In this document: in pieces, positions 11,106 to 23,050 of the stretch | Position numbering within the stretch: the first letter of the stretch is position 1 | Layout of the letters: each line of letters begins with the position of its first letter | Origin: Camelus dromedarius | Lineage: Eukaryota | Length of the DNA stretch: 64,000 nucleotides | Direction: 5' to 3' | Assembly (NCBI RefSeq): GCF_036321535.1 | Contig: NC_087436.1 | Span: 79,858,001 to 79,922,000 of the forward strand | Made by a program: the position numbers and the translations under genes | Notes under the pieces: generated by a model | What the model was told of the DNA's origin: nothing | What the model saw: only the letters and a program-made list of their open reading frames with translations | Databases searched by the model: none

Positions 11106-12249
11106 TAGGATCCTTGAAGAGAAATGATTATTTTTATGACCCCCTCCCCCAAACCAAACATACACAATCAATTCAAAAAATAAATTATTTATGAATTTTT
11201 GTTCTTTGATAGGCTTGACCCTCTTTAGCTTTTGGTCACAAGAGAGAAACCTACCACCTCTCCTAGCACAGCAGACTTACTTGGATGATGTTTTAGAATT
11301 CCTCTAATCTCTAATTCCATTGGTAGCTTTATCTTTTGAAAGGTTGAAATGAGAATATTGCTGTCTGAATGTGATACGTCACTCCCCCAAACTGTGCAGG
11401 GTGAGTTTGTTATAAAAAGATGAGGCAGCTACCTTGGGAGGTCTCAGCCATCTCTCTTCTCACTGGCTGGTCTCCCTGGTTAAACTTCCTGATGAGCATA
11501 GGTGCAGACACCCAGTTCTTCACATTGGATGATTTTGTGCAAGATCTGTGCTTCACGTGGTTGGTCACCTTCGCTGGTTCTTAAGTTGTCTCCATCTTAT
11601 CTCCACACTGATGGCAACCGGCAGCTGTCTCAGGTTATCTGCAAGCATCTTCTTTTGCTTCTTTGAGAGGATGGAAGAATGAATGGGGATGGAGAAGCAT
11701 CCCAAAGGGAATTGAGTGATATTCCCTTAGTCAGTCTTTCTTCTAGCTTTTATTTATGAAAGGAGAGGACTCACAGTACGTTACTAATGGGTTAGAAGGA
11801 GGGTCCTAAACAGTTGATGTTTCAAAGCATACTAAACAAAGAGCCAGACAAGGGCAGGGTAGAGCCCTTGTAAGGACAGTGTACATGGACAGTAGGAAGA
11901 AACTGATGTGCATAAAACTGTGGCTGAGTTAGTGTCTTCACTCTTCCCAAGGGCCCGTTCAGCTGATAGTTAAATTTTGTATCTACCCTTATACTTGGTG
12001 GATAAAAGCAGGGGATATATACTCCACCCCTCCAGTATCCATACCTGGGCAAGTAGTCCCCAGTATCTCCTGTTTCTCTTTCATCCCCAAAGCTGACCAA
12101 GTGCAGTCATTAGAGAGGCTCAAATGATTAAACAGATACAATCACAAACCTTTGGCTTGTGAATTTTAAGATCCCCGTTGACCGCTTCACTCAACAATAT
12201 TTATAACCCCTATTGTATTCAAGATTATTTTTCTCCAAGCTCTTTATCC

Positions 12250-12490
12250 CTGTCCTTGTTACCACAAGAAGCCCAGCCCTCCCATTATCCCTTATCTGTA
12301 CATCCTCTTTGCATATCTTATGTGTCACCATTTTAACTCATTTTATGTTATTTTACAGTTCTGGTACATAGAGCTTGTCTCCTCAACTCTAAGGTCCTGG
12401 TGCCAAGGACCTGTGCGTCTTTCTTTTGCATCCCCACACCTAACACAGTGTTCAGTCTTAGTGGGTCTTCAATAAATGGTAGTCAAATGG
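12250..12490 (+). mobile_element. L2 3' end
   Basis: CTTGTCTCCTCAACT..CATCCCCACACCTAACACAGTG..TCAATAAATGGTAGTCAAATG. Confidence 0.75.
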
Positions 12491-12569
12491 AGAAGTCTTT
12501 AGAATTTGTCATCAATATTTTACAAAATGAAATAAGCATTTTAGAAAATTGAATAAATGAATTACAAGG

Positions 12570-12572
<3 letters not shown>

Positions 12573-12603
<31 letters not shown>
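12573..12603. repeat. (TG)15 microsatellite
   Basis: Perfect repeat, read directly. Confidence 0.97.
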
Positions 12604-12606
<3 letters not shown>

Positions 12607-13323
12607 AGCTTTTAGTATTATCAAGATGGACCCAGTCTTACAGAGGTGGCATTAGTGAAGCTCTAATAGGGTGCTGGGGTTTGGGGGAAAGGATGGGGAT
12701 GAAACAAGCTTTAGCCTGTTCCATGGACTGGCAGTCACCCTACCTCTGAGCGTACTTTGAGTTTGGCTAGTTGCGCAGCATCGCCAGGCCTGGAGTATCA
12801 GGTCCCGTCACTATTTGACTTGCTAGCTCTGAGCTAGGTTCACTACTTCATTTTAAGGTAGACTAAGGAAAATACAAATACATTAGGATCAGAAATAGAA
12901 ATACCATAAATTCACTATAGTTAGGGGCTTTAGTGAAAAGTCTGTTTTACAAATTGTTTATATTTGCATCTATTGTTTCCTAAGTTAATGTTCATAAATA
13001 ATCAGTATTTTAAACATTTAGATGCAAATTAAATAATGCTTTACTTTAAGAAAGAATTTGAGGTGAACACATAAATGAATTTATTCTAATGATAAAAATT
13101 ATTAAGCAAAAAAAGAAAAATGCAAAAATGGGTAAAAATTAAAGTTGTTTCTTTTGGATTGCAATCCAGATATGACTCAATATTATTTATAATAACACAT
13201 CCTTTGTTGATAAAAATATGCTTTCATAATTGAGCTGTTCTTCTGCTTCCCAGAGATGGAACAATAGTCTAGCTCTTAAAATTCATCAAGCTCCCCACAG
13301 TGCTTCACAGATTATTAAATTTC

Positions 13324-13390
13324 TGCTTCACAGATTATTAAAATGAGGCTCATAGAAGTTAAGTTCAAGACTGTACAACCAGTAAGGAGA
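13324..13390 (-). mobile_element. MIR fragment
   Basis: CACAGATTATTAAAATGAGGCTCATAGAAGTTAAGT..CAACCAGTAAG. Confidence 0.55.
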
Positions 13391-13394
13391 ACTG

Positions 13395-14400
13395 TCATCC
13401 ATTCCACTATGTAGCTTCCAGGTGCCAGGGATACAGCAGCTGAAGATGCCATACTTGCCCTCAAATTGCTCACAGACTGGTATAGAAGGAGGAGTAAGCG
13501 GACAATCACAATGGAGTGTGGGTAATGCCATGATAAAGGCGCACACAGGTTGCTCTGGGAGCTGTTAACAAAGTGGAAGAGGAAAGAGGAAAATGTGTTC
13601 AGGGAAGGCTTCCAAGGGTGGTGATACCAGAGCTGAGCCTTCACAAAAGAGTGAACCAAGAGAATAACTGAGAAGCGGGTTTCTAGTCCAAGAGTTTCCA
13701 TGAGCAAAGGACTAGAAGCTTGGAGAAATGTTGTACAATGGACAATGGCAAGAAATTCACTAAGGAGTTGAGAGTAAAACTAGGGTTGTACTGAATTCAA
13801 CTTAACAAGGGTTTGACCATGAAGAACTTTGTGTGCCACATTAAGTAGCTTAAATTTTATCATGAAGATGATAAGAATTTGCTGACATCTTTAAGCAGAA
13901 AAGATATGTGGTAAGATTGGCAATTAATATGGCATTTTTACCCCGAGGTGGAAGATGTGCTGAAGGGAAAAATGTGGTGAAGATAGCGTTAGACTACTTA
14001 GGAGTTTAAGTGAGAAACAACAGACTTCTAAAGTAAAGCAGAGGTATGGGCCTGGAAAGGAGGAAGAAAATACTTCAGTCTATTTAGGGGAGGAGGTGGC
14101 CAGGAAGTGGGGATTGGCAGTGGGCATATACTGTGTGAAAAAGGATAAATCTAAGCTGATTCCCATGTTTTGGCCAGACAACGAGGGTACTCAGCGATGC
14201 TTTCACTGAAGTAGAGAATTTAGAAAGAGGAGTTGATTTCAAATGAAAGACAGCAAGCTTAGCTGTAAACATATTGAGTTTAAGAAGTATATGAGACCCA
14301 TGAGGATGCTTCTTGAACGAGTCAGGAGCTCAGAAGGACATGGTACTGGGGAGGGTATAGTCTTAGCTGAAGTCATCGGTGGAGACACAGTCACTAAAAG
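13395..14400 (-). mobile_element. L2 LINE, about 1 kb
   Basis: GGTGCCAGGGATACAGCAG..TGCCCTCAAATTGCTCACAGACTGGT..TCAGGGAAGGCTTCC..GAGCTGAGCCTT..ACATATTGAGTTTAAG. Confidence 0.85.
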
Positions 14401-14499
14401 AAAGTGAACCAGGACTTGAATGCAGGTCAGTCTAACTCCAAAGCCCAGACTCTTTTCATGACCCTTATTTCCCAAGGGTAACATCATTTACAATTGTTT

Positions 14500-15445
14500 T
14501 TGCTGCTGCTTATACTGGGAATGCACTTTCTCTTCATCACTATGTCCTGAGATCCTAGCTGCTCTTCAAATCTCAGCTCAAGTCTCATGTCCTGTACAAG
14601 GTCCCCCCAGTTCTTATGAGCAGCATTAATATTTCTTGCTCATTCTTCCTTTGTATGTTCTTAGTCCCCTAATATAGCACTAAGGATCTTAGAGACCTCA
14701 GAGGGTCCTAAAGAGTCATTTAGCCAAAGCCTCTTTATTGCATGAACCCCTTCTTCAACACCCTCCACAAGAAATCATGCAGCCTCTCTCTAACAATTCT
14801 ATAAGCAAGCGGTTCACACTTTTCAGAGACAACCATTCCAATTAAAAGCAGTTTTAATTGCTAGAAGAGTTGCCTAATATCCAGAGCTACCTGTTTTTAA
14901 CTTCCACCCACTGGTGCTTGCCTTGTCTGCTGGAGTCCACACCTCCTTCACAGGACAGCCCCTCTGATCTTTAAAGACATTTATCACAGACTGCTTTGTC
15001 ACTCTTCCCAGGGCTGAACATCTTCACCTCCTAAAGCTGCTCTTCAGGACATGTTTTGTCTGTTTCCTCAACCAGCCTTTCACTTTCATTTCAAGATACT
15101 CCAGTTTGTCTATATCCCTCTTAAAATACGATGCTCAGAGCTCAACTCAATGGTACAGATGTGAACTACCCACCACCAAATAGAGCAAAACAATACTGCT
15201 CATTGTTCTAAACATTTTTACTGCTGTAAATGTGGCATAAGATTTTATAGACATTCTCTTGGACCTTATCTATGGACTTACCTTGAATTCACAGTTTATA
15301 GTTGCTTTGGATCATGGTTATCTGCAAATGTGCCTGTCCTCCTGGTTACAGGTCTTTAGATTGATCCAAAAGCATGTACTATTTATCCCTGTAATCACTT
15401 TGCTCAGCACAGTGCCTCTCATGTAGTCGGAGCTTAATAAATGCT
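14500..15445 (+). mobile_element. L2 3' end in two pieces (about 14500-14683 and 15300-15445) split by L3
   Basis: Left piece TCTTCAAATCTCAGCTCAAG..CCCCTAATATAGCACTAA; right piece GGTTATCTG..TGTGCCTGTC..CTCAGCACAGTGCCT..TAATAAATGCTG. Confidence 0.7.
14685..15275 (-). mobile_element. L3/CR1 LINE, ORF2 C-terminus and 3' UTR
   Basis: Minus-strand translation near 15090-15170 gives [20 protein letters not shown], matching CR1 ORF2 [22 protein letters not shown]. Also TAACTTCCACCCACTGGT, typical of the L3 3' region. Confidence 0.88.
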
Positions 15446-17334
15446 GCACCTTCAAACTGACATTATTTGGGGTGATTTTCTAAAATGTGTTTCCTTGAAA
15501 AGCCACAGCCAAAACAACAGCACCATTGTGTCTCTTTTATTGAGTAAGGAAACTTTTTGTCTAATTGAACTATTGTCAAAAAAGAATTTATTCAAATAAT
15601 ATTCTGCTAAGAGAAGATGAACTTTAAATTTGAGTTACAAAAATCACTGAGTGAAAAGAAGACAATTTTCTTCATGACAGAATAGAATTTATGCCTCTGC
15701 TTTTTCAGAAACATGTCTGAACTCAGCTTTGATCTCACTGAGTCTCCAAGAACCCTGTCTCTGCATTTTTCTGTAATTAATTTCTAAGTCAGCTGAGAGC
15801 CTGCCCTTCTCATGTCTCTTCCTAGCAACTCTTCATTAATACAATACAGAGAATAATGCTGAGTGGTCCAGTTCTGTTTTTCCAAGAGTGGAAAGATTGG
15901 ACATTGAAGAGGAGCACACACGCCATAGTAATTTTGGGGGGAAATACTCAAGTGAAAGAAACACATCTGAGCAACTTAAAGAGTATTTAAACATGAATTT
16001 AGCTGTTCATTTGCATCTGAATGACAGATGAGGAATATGACCTTGTGTTTATCTGTAGTCAAGAAGCCTAGAGTCTTCATTTCAAAAAGCACACAATAAG
16101 CTGTCCAATCCAGCATTCAGACGAAAGACTCCCAAACATCCTTAGCTGCATTGAGCTGGTTGGTTTCTGAGAACTAGCAGCACTTAGGACTGCAACAGAC
16201 AAGTGTGGTTTTTGGTCTGTCTTCTTGAGTTGAAATTCTTTCTTAGCTGTTCTGGATTTAGGATCATCTCTGAGCTGCCTCCTAGTCAGATGGTCCAGTC
16301 AGAACGAACTACTCCCATTTCTTCTGGTCTTGTACTTTACTCCATGTGCAGCTTTCCTAGAGACAAAATTTGTTAATCATGATGAAGATAGATCTTTTCC
16401 AGGTTAAACTGTTTACAGCCTCCCTATATCACAACAAGGTGCCCAAGGTTAGCTCCTTTATTATTTTTGAGGGCACAGGCCGTGAGAGCCCAAACTGTGG
16501 CCTCCCTGAGGAAGGAGATGAACAATAGAATACTGATCATCTCTAAGAACAGACCAACTTCTGTCCAGCCACCATAAGTACATACACAATCTAAATTAAA
16601 ATGTTGTGTTTGCCATGCAATTTCCCTAACTCATTGAAACATTGCTGCTTATAAGCCCTTTCTCTGTAGAAGTTCTGGAATCATTGAACAGAGGCTTCAA
16701 ATTCATTTCAGGCACCCAAGGCACTTTCATTAATGTCACAAGGTCAGTTGACAATAGAATCAGGTATTGATGTGGTTCGAGGGCTCACTTAAGAGTAGAT
16801 TGAGACCATTTGTTTCCCTGAGACTGCTTAGCCTTTCTCTATTCCGTTTTCTAGGATGTTCTCTATTCACAGTAATGTGCACTGGTATTCCAGGTTGTCT
16901 CTTGATGCATAAGAAGTGATCTGACTGCTGTGGTTGCGAATGCCCCTGCTGCTTCAAAGATGAGAGAGAAAACGAAACATTTGTTGAATATCTATTCTTC
17001 CTTTCTAGATGAAGCTTGTTCTTGGCTAGGTTCTTCACATACATAATCTTCATTCTCTAGAGATCACTTTTCCTCTGAGTGAATGCAAACACACACATAC
17101 CTGAAAGGGTTATCACAAACATGAATCTACAAATCCTTTCTTTTAGGGCAAAAAACTTTGATGTCACTGTTGCCTTTAATAAAATTAACATCATTTTCAA
17201 GAATGAATAAGTAGTTTTCTGCATGTGGCACCTCAGGAGTAATCACACCAAGACCACTTGCTAATAGGACATTAGGAACAAAAGGAGGGAATTCCTTAAA
17301 TAAAAGTAAAGATGAATAGTGGTAGTATCATGCT

Positions 17335-17455
17335 TATCAAATAGCTTAGCAAATATTGAGTATGTGTATGCCAGGCATAGGGTGAGGTGCTGAGGTACAG
17401 TGGTCTCTGCCCTCATGGAGCTTACAACAAAATCTAAAAAATAACCATTAAACAC
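17335..17455 (-). mobile_element. L2 3' end
   Basis: AGCAAATATTGAGT..TATGCCAGGCATAGGGTGAGGTGCTGAGG..GGTCTCTGCCCTCATGGAGCTTACA. Confidence 0.85.
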
Positions 17456-17459
17456 AAAA

Positions 17460-17560
17460 TCAGAAAGATCTGGTTTCCAATCCTGGCTTTGTTTCTAGCT
17501 ACCTTGGACAAGTGTTGAGTCCCAACTTTCCCATGTATCGAATAATTGAATTGGCTAATG
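17460..17560 (+). mobile_element. MIR fragment
   Basis: TCAGAAAGATCTGGTTTCCAATCCTGGCTTTG..CCTTGGACAAGT. Confidence 0.6.
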
Positions 17561-18099
17561 TCAACTTTTCATTGATTTTTGTTGTTCCTTGGATTTTATT
17601 TTTTGCCTTGTGAAAATTAATTTCAATATCCTTATGTTAGGTAACTTCTAGTTCTTGGACTTTGTGATTTCATGAGGTCTAAGTTGAAGAACCTTCATAA
17701 TGAGAAACTTATCAGTTACAGATCTTGCTAATATCTCTTTTGAGAATCTCAAAAGAGTTTAAGAATCTGGCTGGCAATTAGCATAGCTCTGCTCCTTTCA
17801 CTCTTCCTCTATCCCACTATTTTTCTTCCAGCATTACATTTTATTGTTTATGATTTATTTTTGTAATTTATGATTCTTGTATTGGTTTTAATTGAATAAA
17901 CTACATTCTTCATCCAGCCAATCAAGAATAATTTTGCATATGAAATGTTCATTACATATAATACTACTACATGCCTCTTTTATTATCTGGCAGCCTTCTT
18001 AATGTGCATACAAATTATTGACTCTTCTCCGGTTTTGTGATCTTACGAGCTTTAATAAATATTTTTATTGAATTTCCTTAATAAGTAGCCTGTTTCCTT

Positions 18100-18650
18100 T
18101 GGGTTATTAAATAATTCAAATGTACTTTATAGTGGCTAGAATAATTTTTTATACTTTTCAACTTCTTTCCTGGAATTCATTTTTTGTGTGTGTGCCTCCC
18201 ATTGTCCTCTCTGCTCTCAATCTCCTCACGATTCTTAAAAACAATGATCTGCCGTTTAGTGACTCCATTATGTGCTCACCTCTAGACTCCAGGATGCATA
18301 TTTCCAAGTCATCTTGATTTATTCAGGTTTTCTAAGCATTTTTTACCTACCTTATATTAATAGCTATTTTTACAAGTTCTTCATTACTTCCTAATTCTGC
18401 AAATTCCATTTCCTTATTTATCTTGCCAAAGACAGAGTTGAAAAAGAAGTTCATTATCTAAGCTGTTTTAGAGTCATTATTAATTTCAGCCCTTTCCTTA
18501 TTTGTTAATGGCTCTACATATGCTCAAATATTTCTTTTCCCTGGTACAGTTGTAAAACACCTTCTTACTCCCTTTAATGTATTTAGCCAGCATTAGATCA
18601 TTATTCCTTTTGGCTGTCCTTCCCATTCTACTCCTAGGAGACCTGAGAGA
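18100..18650 (-). mobile_element. Ancient CR1-clade LINE ORF2 fossil (linker to start of RT)
   Basis: Minus-strand translation with frameshifts: RTAKRNNDLMLAKYIKGSKKVFYNC (18620-18546), VEPLTNKERAEINNDSKTA*IMNFFFNSVFGK (to 18422), LENLNKSR*LGNMHPGV (to 18285). CR1 ORF2 has RKAKA..ELxLARxxKxNKKxFYKY, VGPL..KAExLNxFFxSVF and KSxGPDGMHPRVL. Confidence 0.8.
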
Positions 18651-18681
18651 TTTTTGTATCCTTTAGGGGAAGAGGTGAGGG

Positions 18682-19706
18682 CAGGGGCAGATCCAGGTCT
18701 GTGGGCTGCCTTGGAAGAATTGATTATAAATTTAGTATATATATATTTATTAAAGGACAAAGCTGGCAAGTACTATAAATATCACAAAATCATGAAAAAT
18801 AACTATGCTTTTTCTTAATTAATTGCCTAGCACACCTCTATAATGCTTCCTTTCCTGCATTTTTAGGCTGTGTACTCTTCTTTTCCTATACTAAAGATTT
18901 TTTACTTTATAGGGTTGCCAGGTTTAACAAATAAACATACAAGAAGTCTAGTTCAATTTGAATTCTGTACTATATTGGGAACACTTATACTAAAAATTAT
19001 TTGTTGTTTGTTTGAAATTCAAATTTAACCAAGTATCTTGTATTTTATATAGAAACCAAAATAATAACATTTTTTTTTTACAAAAGATTAGAAAAATAAT
19101 GTAAACTCTCCTCTGGAATAGTTAAATAATTTTTAATTTACTGGTAGTTTAGAAGCATTTCTCCAGCCTCATAATTTGTTATTGGCAAGGTCATGCAAAA
19201 CTTCAGAGTTGTCAAATTTGGGAAAACCTGTATCAAGTTTATTTCATATATGAGTTGTAATATTTTGAAGAATTTATTCAGAGATAGCTCACAGCTCTGT
19301 TCACATTAAACATCCTCTCCTCCTCCAGTCACATCTTCCTGGTGCTGGTACCATGGGGTATATCCAGATGGTGGTATGAACTCTGGCCCTATAACTATGA
19401 ACTTCATAAATATATCCCACTGAATTCAACCCAGAGGTGTCCATAACTTAACTTCCCCTTAGTGTGATCCTGAAATATGCCTGTTCCCTCTGGTGCCACC
19501 TGACTAGAGAGGAAGGTGGAGTGGAAGGAGCCAAAAGAGCCAGTGGTCCTGACTGATTGTGGTAAAAACCTTAGGTTTGCAAACTTAGTAAACATGACAG
19601 TGAGAACAGTCAGTTCAGGATTCTCCTTTGGGTCTTGAAAGAAGACTTGAGCAAAAGAGGCACCCTAAAATTTAAACTTGACTAATTCATGGTAAATCTG
19701 CCTCTG
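18682..19706. mobile_element. hAT-Tip100 (Zaphod-like) non-autonomous DNA transposon
   Basis: Terminal inverted repeats CAGGGGCAGATCCA (18682) and GGTAAATCTGCCTCTG (ends 19706). No intact 8-bp TSD seen. Confidence 0.7.
18911..19057. mobile_element. MER53 hAT MITE nested in the Zaphod-like element
   Basis: AGGGTTGCCAGG..TAGTTCAATTTGAATT..ACTTATACTAAAAATTATTTGTTGTTTGTTTGAAATTCAAATTTAAC..TGTATTTTAT. Confidence 0.85.
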
Positions 19707-19919
19707 ACAGTGATAAGTGTGTGGGAGGGTCAGGGGAAAGTCCTATTTTTTATTTCCCATTCCCGCTATAGCATGTTCTCATTTCCCACCTGCTCTTCTC
19801 TTCTTTCTCTCTCTCTTTCCTTCCCCTCTCCCTTACCTCTCGTCTTCCTCCTCTCCCCATCTGCCTTTCTCACGAGTACCCTGCTCATATCTCAGTATGG
19901 AATCTGACTTTTTCATGGA

Positions 19920-20330
19920 AAGTATCTACTGAACCTCAATGATGCAATAACTTACGAAGATTCTTCAGACTTTCTTCCAGTTTTGGATTTTAATATATTC
20001 TTTCAATGTCCATAATGCACTAGATTTGTAATTCTCCAAATTAAAATTCTTTGAAACCTGAAACTCTTCGAGGATTGGGACCTTAAGCTGCTAAATTCAG
20101 GTTGCTCCTTCTCAGGGATATTAAGCTTCCTTAATCGTCTCTCATTTCCAGTGGTTTTGTTTTAGTTAGGAAGAATCCATCTCAGCGGGGTCCTTTTTAC
20201 TTACACTGAGTATAAGCCAGACCCATGCATATCTCTAGGGTCAGCTGTTTGATGAATGTTATCTGAGTCCCAAATCTCTTAGACTGTGAAACTGAAATTT
20301 CCACATACTGTGAGGTCTTTAGCCCGAGTT
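19920..20330 (-). mobile_element. Probable upstream continuation of the CR1 ORF2 fossil (endonuclease C-terminus/linker)
   Basis: Very degenerate minus-strand peptides GNFSFTV*EIWD (cf. GDFNxPDIxW), LRWILPN (cf. LDLILTN) and FKEF*FGELQ (cf. FxxADFxxLR), in the expected order. Confidence 0.5.
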
Positions 20331-20669
20331 TCTAAGTTAGGAATCAGTGTGAGAACCCTCTGACTTTAGAATTAAGACCCCATAGTACATACTTCACTCT
20401 CTCTGGCCTCTGTTCACTCCTTCTTTTCACTCTTTCCTTTTCACTTTTCACTCTTTCCTTCTGCTGCTTCTTATTGCATACATTCCAAAATCCCATTATG
20501 TAAACACTTTCTTCAAAAACCATGGGCTGTATCTGAAAACTGATGTTACTGTCAGTTTTCTTTTTTTAAGCCAGTTGAATGATTACAATAGACGATTCAC
20601 TTAGTTGAGAAGTTTTCACTTCCTGCTAAAGTATATAGAAATGGTTTGAGTGAAAGTAAAAGTTGAATT

Positions 20670-20835
20670 GATTATGAAACCACTGTGCTACTACCATTAG
20701 TCATAGTTTTATAGAGCATGACTTAATTTAGTCCTCACCACCACCTAGTAGAGTAGAAATTACTACCTCCGTTTTGCTCACAAGGTGGAGAAAGGATTCA
20801 AATTCAGATTCGTCTGATTTTAAAACCCATGCTTT
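20670..20835 (-). mobile_element. MIR SINE with internal deletion
   Basis: CACTGTGCTA..ATTTAGTCCTCACCACCACCT..GGATTCAAATTCAGATTCGTCTGATTTTAAAACCCATGCT. Confidence 0.7.
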
Positions 20836-21199
20836 AAGTGTTACTAAGTAGTAACACTACATATGTAACAGGGCTTCCAGTGGGACTGATAATTTTAAAC
20901 CTGGAAAATCTCCAATTTAGAGAGTTGCAGGTAAGTTCTACTTCCTAGGCAGGAGCCTGGCAGTGGGCTTGGAACAGAATCTCTCTGTTTTAACAGGTAC
21001 CACTCTAGCAGAGACTTCAGAACTTAAGGCAGGAGGCAAATACGATCAAAAAGGTCTTCAATTCAGTGAAGGTGCCTAAATGAAGTTTATCCCACCAAGA
21101 TATTAATGGATCTATTTAGTATTGCACACTGGAGGTTTTAGTAAACCACTTTTGAAGAGGTAGATAATCTATTTTCCAATCCCTAAATTTGTGTTTATA

Positions 21200-21620
21200 C
21201 GGCCCTAATTTCCCTTGTTTCTGTTTGTTCATTGTACCTACCTTCTCCTTCTTGGAACAGTCCTTTCCTCTGGCCTCTGTCAGTCCATCTGGTTCTGGTG
21301 GAGCTGCCTATATCCTCTCAACTCTGATGACACGTCAGGGATGCGGGTGTGACCAGTGATGGGTCAGAGTCCTTTCTGCTCTCCTCTTTGTAGTTGCTAA
21401 GATGAGTGGGGTGGCAATTGGCTTAGAATTGTCTGTAGCCATAAAACCCTCAACCTTCTACCTGCTACATGGAGGAATTCCTTCTAGAGTAAGAGAGAAT
21501 CACAATGCAGAGGTAGAGAAAGAGGGAAACCAGTTGTGACAATGAGTGTGTGGGATTTCCATTCCAGGACCTCCTAGTTACATGAGACAATCAATTCCCT
21601 TTTCAGGGTATTTTCTTATT
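21200..21620 (+). mobile_element. Old ERVL/MaLR LTR (MLT1K/L- or LTR16-like)
   Basis: CTCCTTCTTGGAACAG..GTCCATCTGGTTCTGGTGGAGCTG..TACATGAGACAATCAATTCCCTTTT. Confidence 0.55.
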
Positions 21621-22844
21621 TATTTGTTTATTTTTTCACAAAAGTCTGGAAGGCCAAGACCAGACCAACAGGGAAATCTTGCTGGCTTGAGTCTTTACTT
21701 CATGATGAAAGAAATAATGCAAAAAGATATGAACTTAGCCTAAAACAGTATAAACTGGACCAGACTCCACATATTGAAAATGTCAAAATTTTAAGACCTA
21801 AAAATCCAGGCTTGGGGAAAGTTGCTTTATTTTAATTGTGTGACTCTAAGGCCAGACCCTACTCTAAGAGTAGAGAGTTCCTTCAGAAAGGAATATATCT
21901 GTAAATAGTCATCTTGTGAATAGGCTAGCCCTGAGACAAGACATGATAAGTAGCTTGGACTTGTGAAGGGAAGGGCTGAGGGAAGGCCTTTCTCTTCTCT
22001 CTTGGGTTGAGGGGATGGGACTTCAGAAAGGGCCGGGCCCTGAGGCCAGAAGAAGCTTGAAGCATCCTCAGCCCTTGAAGTGAGTTGGGATCTCCATGTG
22101 GAGGAAGACCAGGGGCCAGGCAGGAGATTATGCCATAAGATGTCAGTGGCTATTTCCAGCAGAGGACAGTACACCAGGATCTCATGATGCCCTCATTAGT
22201 AGCAAAAGCAACCACCGATGTGTGGAAGGCAGGAACAGAAGCATGTGAAGGACCAATTCCAAAGACAGGCTCCTAGGAGACCCAGAAGTGGTAAGGAGCT
22301 ATTTTGAGGAAAGATATTTTCTGGAGATTAGGCAAGCAGGGGCTCCAGGAGAAAATAAGTATGAGTTAATTCTATATGCAAAGACTAGAAAGGACAGGAG
22401 CGTTTAGGTTTTATATAGATGTCATCTTCAATAGCTAATTTCTGACAGTTGTTGCTAATTGGATTTTCAGAGACCTGCCAGTAGGGAGTTCTCTTCAAAG
22501 AAGAATACCCTGTTCTGTAGCTCTGTACCAACCCTCTATTAAACAGACTAGTTCCAGTGGAATGGTGCCAGGAAACTACTGGTTTTAATATCATCTCCTC
22601 TTGGTTGTAGCTGTCATTATAGGCCATGGTTTATGTACTTTAATTAAAACGGAGATGGTGTTCTTTAAACTTGAACTCTTGAGTTAGTTCTTGTAGCTGG
22701 CACTATTTTTCTTTTAAAGAAAGTAAATAAAATTGACATTTTCATTCTTAGTATATCTAGCCCAGATTAAATTTCTAATTCAGCTCTCTGTCTAAAAACT
22801 AGATCTCACTGGCACACTAATTCTTGGCATATAACAATGATTAT

Positions 22845-23050
22845 TACATACTGTGTTTAAATACCACTTTACTATTTACAAAGAGTTCACCAGTAGCCCA
22901 CTGAAGCCCATAGGGAAAGAATTATTGTTATTTCCAGTGTGAAGATGACACAATTAGGTTTAATGAAGTGAAGGGTCTTGCCGAAGGTCACAGAGATGGT
23001 AAACGGTATTCTCATGTCCCTTGAATCTAGATTCTATTCTCTTTCCATTA
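22845..23050 (-). mobile_element. MIR SINE
   Basis: CACTTTACTATTTACAAAG..GAAGTGAAGGGTCTTGCCGAAGGTCACAGAGATGGTAA. Confidence 0.8.

Noticed and set aside
14685..20330. One continuous CR1 element joining the 14.7-15.3 kb L3 and the 18.1-20.3 kb fossil
   Set aside because: Strand and order fit, but the gap of about 3 kb exceeds the expected ORF2 distance, and the L3 appears nested in its own L2. Treated as two insertions.
20928..20936. Perfect splice donor CAGGTAAGT (also on the minus strand near 24662-24670 and 44045-44053)
   Set aside because: No convincing upstream acceptor at exon distance for any of them; isolated donors are common in non-coding DNA.
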